Made by a program: the position numbers and the translations under genes. The notes below the pieces were generated by a model that worked only from the letters and a program-made list of their open reading frames with translations, did no database searches and was not told the DNA's origin. Positions 24,357-35,379 of a stretch of 49,024 nt of DNA are shown in pieces. Location: positions 148,901,885 to 148,950,908 of the forward strand of contig NC_068983.1 in NCBI RefSeq assembly GCF_001194135.2, read 5' to 3'. Position 1 is the first letter of the stretch. The number at the start of each line of letters is the position of its first letter. This DNA is from Octopus bimaculoides (taxonomy: Eukaryota).

Positions 24357-24851
24357 ATGTATGTGGGTATGTATGCAATAATGATATATGCTTCCAAAGG
24401 CCACAGCAACATATCAGTGCTCCCTATTTTGATAACTGTGAAGGTTATGAGATCAATCTCTCCCTGAAAAGGAAAGCGAACAATCTATCCAAGGCAGAGA
24501 TACAATTCTCAAAAGATCAGTGAATTGCAATATGACATCTTCGATAAATTAAAGTATTCGACCTCATGCAGCTGTCAATCGTGTGTTTTGCCTCCTTGTA
24601 CTTTCTGCCTCTCTAGAAATGTATCTATTTAAGCACTTGTGTGAGTTTGCTTCTGCGTCTGTGTGTGTGTGTGTGCGTGCGCGCGCAGGCGCTGCATTTT
24701 CCTTTTCCGAATGTTTGTGTATACATCTTTAAAGAGCCTGGCAATCAACGATGGACTCCATGTGAAATGACATACCTAAATTTACACACACACACACACA
24801 CACGCACACACACACACACACACACACATACATACACACATACGTACACAC

Positions 24852-24896
<45 letters not shown>

Positions 24897-24906
24897 TATT
24901 TTTTTA

Positions 24907-25004
24907 CTTGTTTCAGTCATTTGACTGCGGCCATGCTGGAGCACCGCCTTTAGTCGAGAAAATCGCCCCCAGGACTTATTCTCTGTAAGCCTAGTACTTA
25001 TTTT
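24907..25004 (-). mobile_element. SINE family B 3' end, runs into gap
   Basis: CTTGTTTCAGTCATTTGACTGCGGCCATGCTGGAGCACCGCC...GCCTAGTACTTATT. Confidence 0.85.
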
Positions 25005-25279
25005 NNNNNNNNNNNNNNNNNNNNNNNNNNNNNNNNNNNNNNNNNNNNNNNNNNNNNNNNNNNNNNNNNNNNNNNNNNNNNNNNNNNNNNNNNNNNNNNN
25101 NNNNNNNNNNNNNNNNNNNNNNNNNNNNNNNNNNNNNNNNNNNNNNNNNNNNNNNNNNNNNNNNNNNNNNNNNNNNNNNNNNNNNNNNNNNNNNNNNNNN
25201 NNNNNNNNNNNNNNNNNNNNNNNNNNNNNNNNNNNNNNNNNNNNNNNNNNNNNNNNNNNNNNNNNNNNNNNNNNNNNNN

Positions 25280-25321
<42 letters not shown>

Positions 25322-25599
25322 GTTTACTTATTTAATCTTATACTGATTTCAGTAATTGCACCATGTTGAAACGCCGTTTTTATATGATCACAATCGACCT
25401 TAGTTGTTATTTTCAATCTGGTAATTATATCATCGGTAACCATTTGTCGCACTGTTATATTACGGAACACAAAGAGACAACCCTCAGACAACCCGATGTG
25501 AATATAAACAGGCACAGACAACAACAACAACAACACACATACACACATACACACACACGCAATAATTATGTTGTTGCTTTTAACATTCCTTTCTGTTAT

Positions 25600-25822
25600 G
25601 GGCACAAGACCTGACATTTGCGGGGACGCTGCTAGTCGATCGCATCGACCCCAAAACTAAACTGGAATTTATTTTAACGAAACAAAATCCAATCAACCCC
25701 ATCCCATCGAAGGATGAAAGGAAAGGTCGACCTCGGCGAAATTTGAACTCAGAACATGAAGACGGATTAAATGCTGTTAAGTTTTTCGTCCGGCGCGCTT
25801 AAGCCTCTACCAGCTCGCCGCC
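25600..25822 (-). mobile_element. SINE family A, near full length
   Basis: Reverse complement reads GGCGGCGAGCTGGTAGA...TTCTGAGTTCAAATTTCGCCGAGGTCGAC...TTTCATCCTTCG. Confidence 0.8.
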
Positions 25823-27163
25823 TTTTTGCTGTTTTTAACATTAATAACTAACTTCTACAATGTGTGTGCGCGCACACACTCACATTAACAACTTCCATAG
25901 TTTCGGGCAGCAGGAAATATCTAACACAAATAATTGTAGATAACAATAGTCACCATCATGCAAATGCATATACCCATAAAAAGAAGAAAAAAATCACGCA
26001 GTCTGACAGCAGAAGTAGGAATAACAGGAACACCAAAAAGATTGCGATCGATATTAAAAAATTTCGATGCAAAGCTTTATGATTTAAACGACATAGAAAC
26101 ATTGCATACTTTCGAACTAAAAAGGAAACTTGTATGAGGTAGGTCAACTAATTTGAAACTGCAGTCAAATATCCGTCATAACGTACATAATATAGCTCTT
26201 GATACACAACATGTGAAATGAAGGCTGGATGGTCACAGCGGAAAGATATTTGTTCATAATCTGCCGGATTAGAGATCATAACAGCTTCCGAATCAACGCA
26301 GACACGATCATATATGGTAGCTTGTACTGCTGGAAATACTTGTCAAATCTCCCTCAAATCACATCTTTAATTCTTATATTGGATAATGTAATCCCAGATT
26401 CACTATGCCTGAGAAAAGTTAAATGGTCTTACAATTCGTTGATGATGGGTCTAATTGATCAATGCTGGTCAGCGGCCATATAATATCCAACGAAGTGAGT
26501 TTTCCACACAGATATTCTACTCCTTAACACGCCAAAGAGAAAAATGATTGTGGAAGTTGGTCTTCAACCAAATAATAAACACCTCAGTTCACTGCATTAT
26601 GATGAACCACATGAAGGTGCTGAGTGGCGGTTATGTATAGTGATTCTTAGGAATTATATTTTATGGATTAGTTTCCCATCCGTTATCTTTCGCCAGTCTA
26701 CATAAATTTGAGCGCTGGAAAAACGGACGAATTTCTGTCCAGTAAGTTATAATTCTTCGCCCCTAGATTACTGAGGTGGCAGAAACAATAGAACCCCGCA
26801 CTAAATAAATGTCTAGCATCGTTTATTTTCTATTTTCTTTGTTTTGAGTTCAAAATCCGCTATAATCAACTCCTCTCTCCATCTCTTCGCGGTACATCGT
26901 AATACACCGCCGTATACGCTGAAGACGATGTACAGCGACAAAAATTAGATTCGCAGACGATTACGTCTGATTTCCCGCCTCAACCAGCGATGAGCAGAAT
27001 TTCATCCTTGTAGGTATTTACATTACAGTGGATTGTGCCGTTAAATTCTGAGAACGCTTTTCCTGATAATATTGTGTCATCGAGAATAAAATGTAAACCA
27101 TTTAAGTTCACACAATCATCAGCAGCAATTTTCTGCTTCACATGAAAATCCTCTGTTTTCATC

Positions 27164-27435
27164 GGTTAATCGCTACCAAGAAATGGGTAATAGCTACCAA
27201 AAAATAGTTAATTGCTACCGAGAAATAATTTAGTGCTAACAAGAAGTAGTTAATTGCTGTCAAGAAATAGCTTATCGCTGTCGGAAAATAGTTGATTGCT
27301 AACAAGAAATGGTTATTTGCAACAGTTAATATAGTTATTTCTATCAACAATTGGCAAATCGCTACCAAGAGACGATTAGTTACTACTCAGAATAGTTCAT
27401 TGCTACTAATGAGCACTTAACTGCTAACAGAAACT
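27164..27435. repeat. 21-bp minisatellite, about 13 diverged units (consensus AGTTAATTGCTACCAAGAAAT)
   Basis: Exact 21-bp register for the first 7 units (27164, 27185, 27206, 27227, 27248, 27269, 27290); decays rightwards. Confidence 0.9.
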
Positions 27436-29269
27436 ACTTCCAAAATTAAAAACATTATTGAAAATTTAAACCAGTCTAGCAACACGAAGAAATATCTAGT
27501 AATTCAAATCAATTTAAATCATCTTGTATAAGAATACATACAACAGGACTTTCTTAAACAATAAGAACAAGTATTGTTAATACAATTCATTTCACCTTAA
27601 TTGTGTTCAGTGTAATTAAATCTCATTTTAATTTTTACAAGTGCAACGTTAATTTCAAAAGGTCATTAAAAAAAAAAAGTCTGTTGTTTTACTTTATTTT
27701 TCTTTAAATTTTTGCCTTCGGTGAAACTCTAAAGCTTCATTGCTAATTGCTATGTCTCACGGTAAGTCGCAAACACACTTTCCCCGCCGTTACCATGTCA
27801 ATCTCCGTATCTGTAATAGTGTTTAGGTGTTTCAGGAAGTGATGAGGGCGATGTGTTTCGCCGATGCCACATATTCTATATTATTCATCTATAACTCTTC
27901 ATTTGCAATTGACTCTACTCTCACACATTTTCTAGTGCACAACTATGTGCAATTAATGAATACTGTGTAAATGATTGAAGCATAATCCTTATGAATGTAT
28001 TCTATTTACATGTCAAGTATTTTCAATATCATTCCATTTTCAAGTGTTTGCTGTTATCATTTGAATTTTCAAATTGTTCAAATAAATGATGTCAAAAATC
28101 CGAAGCCAAATTAAAGGCTGAATAAATGAAACATTTCTTTAAAAAACAGAAAATGAAGCCTTAGTTTACAATTTTAATTATTCTTGAAGTTTATTCAAAG
28201 GTCAGCTCTGATCCAGCAAGCTTATCAAAAACGTTTTAGCTTCGACCGCCTTACCTTTCCTTTCCTGTTGCAGCATATCAAGGATTATATTGTTCAGTAT
28301 ATAATACTTTTTTTTTTTAATGCCGCGACACATGAGAGAGATTTAGTTGTTAATTCCAACGAGTGGGTCAGAACAACATAGAAGCTTCTTCGTTGGTTCA
28401 GAAAATTCAAATTTGAGAGTGACGGAGTGGCAGGATGGGTAGAATGCCGGAAAAAGTGCCATGTTTTATTTAGGTAAGTCTCCTTAAACCAGATCCTATG
28501 TATGTCGAATTGCCTTTCATCTTTTAAGAATCTTTAAGCATAGTAGCAATCAGTAGAATTAGGAATCAATCCAAAAGTAATATATTTCTCACTAAAAGTA
28601 TGTGATCTAGTAATTCGATTTCAAGTTTTGATTCTGGTGAATTTTTTATTTACAGTTAAAATGAAAGAATGAAAACAGCTGAAACTTTATAATTTTGACT
28701 TCAAATTCACCAGTAGTTCGAATGATCAAAGGACAAAAATAAAAACAAAAACAGCATTAAACTCTCCAGTGGTTAGTAGCAATAACAAATAATCGGCACA
28801 TAAATTTTTATTGTGCAGTAAGTCGGGCAAATGTGTTGCAATCCCAATAGGCAAAATGGCGAATGCAATGCATTACTCCGAAGAATGACGTGGGAGATGC
28901 GCTGAAAGAATTATTCTACTCTACGTGGCTCATTTTTGTGCCTGAATATATAAAAATCTTAGCTTTAAAAAATTCCATTCGTTTGTTATGTTTTGTTTTT
29001 GTGTTTTCAATTTATGAAAACATTTTACGTGAAGATTTTATGTCAAACTAAAGGTAAAACTGAAACCTGAATCGAAATTCTTAGTTCCCTGGATCAAGTA
29101 TTTCGTTCTAACACATTTGCCCTGGGTTATCTATCTCATTTAATCTGCTTTAGTATCCTGTCGAAAGTAACAATTCCACTGACTCAGTTGCAAAAATAAT
29201 TTGTCACAAATATCAGAAATGTACGTTATTTACATTTGACGGATATTTGTCCTCATCTTGTTTGTTATT

Positions 29270-29322
29270 AACACAAGGTTTCGGCCAATATACCCTCCAG
29301 CCTTCAGCCTTCATCAGGTGTC
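29270..29322 (-). ncRNA. Mutated minimal type I hammerhead ribozyme
   Basis: Minus strand GACAC-CTGATGA-AGGCTGAAGGCTG-GAGGGTATAT-TGGCC-GAAACCTT-GTGTT: core present, 7-nt duplication in stem II, ACGT changed to ACCT in stem III. Confidence 0.7.
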
Positions 29323-29391
29323 TTAGGGGTAATTTCGAACCTGGGTTCTCATTCCTAAGGTATTTTTTGATGTTGTTATTATTATTATTCA

Positions 29392-29463
29392 GGTCACTGG
29401 CTGGAATCGAACTCGGAATCTTGGGGTTAGCAGCCGCGCTCTTAACCACTACGCCATATGCCC
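29392..29463 (-). promoter_or_regulatory. tRNA-derived Pol III A/B-box segment
   Basis: GGGCATATGGCGTAGTGGTTAAGAGCGCGGCTGCTAACCCCAAGATTCCGAGTTCGATTCC: A box TGGCGTAGTGG, B box GAGTTCGATTCC; acceptor and T stems imperfect, so not a functional tRNA. Confidence 0.75.
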
Positions 29464-29882
29464 GTGGGCAATTACGGAGTGAATTTTAGGGCTTATAAAT
29501 CTAATATTTTCCTATCCTTTCTTAATACCAGTTCCCATATGCTATTCATATCTGCACTCGGTCTGCTTAAGAGATTGTTGTGTCCTAGCATATGTGCTGC
29601 TTCTTTTAGTTTTCATATTTTCCAGTGGTGTTCTCTGTCTATTATTTTAACCTCATCCCACAAGGGGAGGCGGTCTCCATTTTTCCATACATGATCAGCT
29701 ATACCCGATTTATCAATATCTCCTCGTGTCACAGCTTTGCGATGTTCCTCTAGCCTTATTTTGAGTGGGTCGAATTCTTCACGTAAAATGTTGACTTTTC
29801 TCCGAATGGACTGATTATATCCACAAGGAAGCGACTCAGCGGATGACATACTGAACCTATCAGTGATTCAAGAAAAACTAGT

Positions 29883-30305
29883 GACATCAGGACAGTATTC
29901 GAGAGTAACACAGCACTTCGCAAATATCTCCTTCGGGTAAAACCATCAATAGAAGAGAATATGACCAAAAACTGCGTGTACTCCATCCCATGCAGCTGTG
30001 GCGAGTTATACAAAGGCGAAACATGAAGCCCACCCAAAATAAGGGGAGAGGAACATCGCAAAGCTGTGACACGAGGAGATATTGATAAATCAAGTATAGC
30101 TGATCATGTATGGAAAAATGGAGACCACCTCCCACTGTGGGATGAAGTTAAAATAATAGACAGAGAACACCATTGGAAAATAAGAAAACTAAAAGAAGCA
30201 GCACATATGCTAGGACACAACAACCTCCTACGCAGACCGAGTGCAGATATGAATAGCATATGAGAACTGGTATTAAGGAAGGATAGGAAAATATTAGATT
30301 TATAA
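29883..30305 (+). pseudogene. Penelope-like GIY-YIG endonuclease ORF remnant
   Basis: One frame: DIRTVFESNTALRKYLLRVKP..NCVYSIPCSCGELYKGET*..KIRGEEHRKAVTRG..SIADHVW..WDEVKII..KLKEAAHM..; VY..PC.CG..Y.GET and R..EH motifs; two in-frame stops. Confidence 0.9.
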
Positions 30306-30327
30306 GCCCTAATATTCACCCGCCCAA

Positions 30328-30395
30328 GGGCATATGGTGTAGTGGTTAAGAGCGCGGCTCCTAACCCCAAGACTACGAGTTGGATTCCAGTGACC
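30328..30395 (+). promoter_or_regulatory. tRNA-derived Pol III A/B-box segment (second copy)
   Basis: GGGCATATGGTGTAGTGGTTAAGAGCGCGGCTCCTAACCCCAAGACTACGAGTTGGATTCCAG; the B box has a C-to-G change relative to the left copy. Confidence 0.7.
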
Positions 30396-30472
30396 TGAAT
30401 AATAATAACAATAATAATAATAACATTGAAAAATACCTTAGGAATGAGAACCCAGGTTCGAAATTTCCCCAA

Positions 30473-30518
30473 GACACCTGATGAAGGCTGGAGGGTATAT
30501 CAGCCGAAACGTTGTGTT
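30473..30518 (+). ncRNA. Minimal type I hammerhead ribozyme, core intact
   Basis: GACAC (stem I) CTGATGA A GGCTG-10 nt loop-CAGCC (stem II) GAAA C GT T (palindromic ACGT stem III, GUU cleavage triplet) GTGTT (stem I 3' strand). Confidence 0.85.
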
Positions 30519-31065
30519 AACAACAAACAAGATGAGGACAAATATCCGTCAAATGCAAATAATGTACATAATTCCTCATCTGTGTACATAGAACTGTATT
30601 AACATCTGAAATGTTAAACAGCCCATAAGCAAGATATACTCACACATACAATTATATNNNNNNNNNNNNNNNNNNNNNNNNNNNNNNNNNNNNNNNNNNN
30701 NNNNNNNNNNNNNNNNNNNNNNNNNNNNNNNNNNNNNNNNNNNNNNNNNNNNNNNNNNNNNNNNNNNNNNNNNNNNNNNNNNNNNNNNNNNNNNNNNNNN
30801 NNNNNNNNNNNNNNNNNNNNNNNNNNNNNNNNNNNNNNTATATATATATATATATATATATATGAGTAGCGTGTATGCATTTGTGCATGTGTACGTATGT
30901 TTACACTCACAAACACTCGTTCACACCCCACAGAGTTATGTGTAGATCCTTTTTGATATTCTTATATCCATTCTGCCAACTTCTTTTCCTGCTGACAACT
31001 TAGTTTTGATGAAATGATATTCGTTACTTTTACACACTAAGACATCCATCAAACGTCAAATTCCC

Positions 31066-31069
<4 letters not shown>

Positions 31070-31096
<27 letters not shown>

Positions 31097-32345
31097 ATGC
31101 CATGCTATCTTCACCAGGTTTGTCATATCACCACCACAATAAACACAGTTATCACAACCATTACCACCGTCATCAATACAACCTTCACCACCGCCTCCAC
31201 AAGCATCACACTCTCCAGAACCGATATTACATGACCACCGACCCTGCATTATCATCGTCATCATTACCTCTACAATTCCCATCCACATTATCATCACTAC
31301 CCACTTTCAACATTATAACTCTCTCTCCTAGGTCATTGCCATTACCATGTGTGTCACTATCACCAATTCCCGCTTTCATCATCAACATGACCATCACCAT
31401 CATTGTCATCAATTTCACTTTCATTACAACCACCACAACTCATATTACCAGAAAGTTAAGAGTTTGTCTCCACCTTGCTATTAAAATATTCTTCCATACT
31501 GTTCATTTCTAGAGTGTTCTTTTACCCAACGCATTTCACCTCTTCATCGTTCCTATACTTTCTTATAACATCATCTACTCCGTTTGGCTACATCCATTTC
31601 TGTCACTGCCGCTATCATCATCTCCTTCTTCTCGTCATCCTTCTCCTCATCTTTCTCTTTACCCTCCTTCATCTTCCCCTTTTGTACCTGCCTTCTTTTC
31701 CTTTCCATTAAATCTACTGATTCTTCTTACTATATTTATTGCTATTATTCTCATTCCCCGTCTTCCACTCCACCCCTAATTTTTCTCCTTTGCCTACTTC
31801 AATTGTTTCTTGGTTGTCTTCTTTTACTTCTACCTTTTGTATATATATTTTTCTTCTCGCACCTACCTCTTTCCTTCTACCTACTCTTCTTCTACTATCT
31901 ACTTTTCTTATTGTAATTCTGATACGAGTTACCCACCACCACGACCTCAAAAACAACCACAACACTGCAACCAATACCGACCGACCGATCCACCTACACG
32001 ACACCACAACCAGCCATCACCACCAAACGAAAACTACGATCGCAGACACCACCACCTCATCAACACTAACCATTAGCTATATATCGATATATTCGATCAC
32101 CAAACCTTATCAGTAGTTCCATCACTAAGCCTGCCAATAGTTCATCCTTATCACTAATCCAATCACTGAAACGTTGTCAAAATTAACCGTGTAAAACTCA
32201 ATGTCACTCCAGGGATATATTTCTCATCAAGTAAATTCCATAAAATGCCAGCCACCCCATCTCAAACCCGCCTCACATCACTTCACCATAATTACAACCA
32301 CCTCACCTCACAACCCACCTACCATCACCACCACCACCAACACCA
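31070..32345. repeat. (CAC/CAT) mosaic tracts flanking a CT-rich polypyrimidine region (~31560-31920)
   Basis: Low-complexity composition directly visible. Confidence 0.8.
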
Positions 32346-32458
32346 GTCACTTCATTCTCATGTTACAATCACCGATGTCCAATCGTAGAAAATCCAGTAA
32401 TATATTTACCGTTGGATGATGGCTGCCACTTACGCATTTACTCTTCACGCTTACAATC

Positions 32459-32508
<50 letters not shown>

Positions 32509-33749
32509 GTAATCTCACTTATCCCTGATTTTGCATACATATGAGTATGTGATTATTTAGGTATGTTTGCATGTTTGTATGCAAACAAATCTGTATGTAC
32601 GCAGAATTTGTATCGATAGTGTTAAGCAGTAGAGCTATCAACAGAAAAATGAAAGAATCCGAATACCGTTAGTGAGTGAACCAACTCACGTTGTTAGCCG
32701 TAATCAAATCTCGGCCCTCCAAGAGAATGAGATATTATCTAGCTCGTCCATTTTTCTCTTCAATAGAATACTCGGGATTTAACTTATACTTGACCTGTCT
32801 CAAACCCCTACAATCATTTATAACAAAACTACAACAGCTTTTGTCATTTAAATAAACCCCCGAGGAAGGAAGTGGTCACGTAGCTTTTCTTTCATTGAAT
32901 TGAACAGTGGGGGCTTTTATTTTAATGTTTATTACATTCTCTCACATCAGAGTCTTAGCTCTGCTGTTGTTAAACAGTGAAAGAAAATAGGATTAATCTT
33001 GAAATAATTCCACCCCGAATCGACATTTTTGACATGTTGTTACAGTGACAATGTTTAAGTGAATCATTAGAAACCAGTGATAGTAATAACGTGTCGAAGC
33101 AAACTACTTGAACAACCGCAATAATTTAACCACTACACAGATATACACATGGAAAAACACGCACACAGCCACACAGACACACTCACGCAACCACATACAC
33201 TCTCATACACGCCGAAAACACTGCGGCAAATAGAAGACTATGGGAACACGCTAAGGCACACAGACACACATGCAAAGACATGCAAACGTGCGCGTGTGTG
33301 CGTGCGCGCAACCACACTCCTGCTACACATTTAGATGCCAGCATCATCACTCAGCATCCTGCCAAAATAGCGCAGAATTCAAGTGAATGATAGACATACA
33401 CGAGACCTGCAATTTGTATATGATACCTGATGTTCCACAAAAGTCACTGACATTGTATGTATAAGACATGCACAGGCAGACCTGTACTCACTGCATTAAT
33501 ACAAATGTAAAATAAAATAAAAAATAAAACTACAACTACTACTACTACTACTACTACGACTACTTAACAACGTGGAATTTAGCAAGCTTTTGTTATTTCA
33601 TTTCGCTACTTTAAAATATCACAAAGAAAGAAGAAGCTGTCAGTGTTAAAGAGAGCTTCATTGTTCAAACTTGGCAATTGTTACACTGGTGTTCAAAGTG
33701 TTTGTTTGATAGAATGGCATCGAACCAATAGGAATATTCATTAAGAAAA

Positions 33750-33796
<47 letters not shown>

Positions 33797-34409
33797 TAAA
33801 CGCACACATATGCGCATGTATGTGTTTGTATGTGTTATGCATATATAGACACGCACATCATGCATACATAAATGCATAGAGATTATACATTCACATTTAT
33901 ATCAATAATAATTGGTATACTTGGTTTTATGAGTAAACGAATAAGTAATAACCTGGGTAAGCTAAGGTTTTCAAAAAAAGAAATCAACCAGTAAACTCGC
34001 ACATTAAAAAATACAACCCGTAAGTGGAACAGCAGAATATGCAAAACTTTTCTCAAGTTAAGAATGTGGCATTGTTTTTTATCTACATTCCAACTATGGA
34101 CCTGTGTATCTTCGTTAGAACCAGCTCCTTCTTGAGCGGAGAAATTTAAATAATTAAAAACAGGAGAGAACATACATACATACATACATACATACATACA
34201 TACATACATACATACATACATACATACATGCATACATCTTACTACCAAATAGGTAATCAGTTGAAATTTACACTGAATTAAAAGAAAACATACATACATA
34301 CAAACATACTTCAGTTACTATGAATAATGTGCACTGCATGATCTCAACAGCATTCGAAAATGCAATATTGAAACAAATGTGTGTGTGTGTGTATGTGTTT
34401 GTGCGCGTC

Positions 34410-34498
<89 letters not shown>

Positions 34499-35011
34499 CG
34501 TGTGTGTGTAAAGTTATCCATTAACGTCAAGACCTCAAAAAATACGATTTTTTAAAATTTTCTGAAACACCTTACATAGAAAAAAATTCTGCATACGAAT
34601 TTCGTTATAAATAAAGAAGGTTGAATTGGAAAAAAGTTTTATGCTTTCAGGGTTTATGAAGCATATACAAAAACAACTCGATGCTTTTATTATTTGTTAT
34701 TTCATTTAATATTTTAAAAGACAATTGTGTCCATTTTCTTTCTACATTTTGAACATGTCCCCGTAACACCTTAGTACATTTCAAAATTATCCTTTTATAT
34801 GGAGCATTATCTCTACATTCGAATCTGCATGCATTTATCATCTTCTTACTGTCTTCAAAACTTTTTAAAATAGAATTGTGTTCTTTATTTCATAACTAAC
34901 TGACCCTGTGCCGTCAAAAATGACGGTTAATTGTAGTATTTTATATATAAATAAGGTATATAATAATCACAGATACAAACATTCACATACTTCCTTTGTA
35001 CATGCGCACAC

Positions 35012-35379
35012 GTTGTTGTTGTTGGCACTCCGTGGAGGGATCCAGTTCACGGAACAGCCTGCTCGTGAAATTAACGTGCAAGTGGCTGAGCACTCCACCG
35101 ACACGTGTACCCTTAACGTAGTTCTCGGGGATATTCAGCGTGACACGATGTGAAAAGGATGACCCTTTGAATTACAGGCACAACAGAAACAAGAAGAAAG
35201 AGTGAGAGAAAGTTGTGGTGTAAGAGTACAGCAGGGTTCGCCACCATCCCCTGCCGGAGCCCCGTGGAGCTTTTAGGTGTTTTCGCTCAATAAACACTCA
35301 GAACGCCCGGTCTGGGAATTGATACCGCGAACCTATGACCGCGAGTCCGCTGCCCTAACCACTGGGCCATTGCGCCTCC
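35012..35379 (-). mobile_element. tRNA-derived SINE family C copy
   Basis: Reverse complement of 10012-10385 with a small deletion near the tail; the 5' end abuts a gap. Confidence 0.92.

Larger units (their letters stand above)
29219..29769 (-). mobile_element. Penelope-like element 3' end (inverted arm): GIY-YIG C-terminus, tRNA-like head, mutated hammerhead
   Basis: Minus frame LKIRLEEHRKAVTRGDIDKSGIADHVWKNG...WDEVKIIDREHHWKI*KLKEAAHML...; reverse complement of 30029-30569. Confidence 0.9.
29883..30569 (+). mobile_element. 5'-truncated Penelope-like element (direct arm)
   Basis: GIY-YIG remnant plus 3' UTR with tRNA-like head, (AAT)n and hammerhead; shares 30029-30569 with the inverted arm. 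Confidence 0.9.

Noticed and set aside
26980-27162. 60-aa non-repetitive minus-strand ORF (MKTEDFHVKQ...)
   Set aside because: No recognisable domain; ORFs of this length are expected by chance. A tBLASTn search would settle it.
27164-27435. CRISPR-like array (also considered for 42598-42845)
   Set aside because: Units are contiguous with no unique spacers, there are no cas genes, and the context is eukaryotic.
29392-29463. A genuine tRNA-Ser(GCT) gene
   Set aside because: The anticodon loop resembles Ser(GCU), but acceptor and T stems pair poorly, there is no long variable arm, and it is duplicated as part of the PLE arm.
30527-30556. Second hammerhead-like core GATGA-G-GAC...GTC-AAA downstream of the ribozyme
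   Set aside because: It lacks the CU of CUGAUGA and G12 of GAAA, and has no stem I; at most a decayed echo.
34647-34841. Possible host exon (64-aa ORF); likewise 24400-24523 and 5620-5700
   Set aside because: No recognisable homology or convincing splice signals; cannot be supported without RNA-seq.
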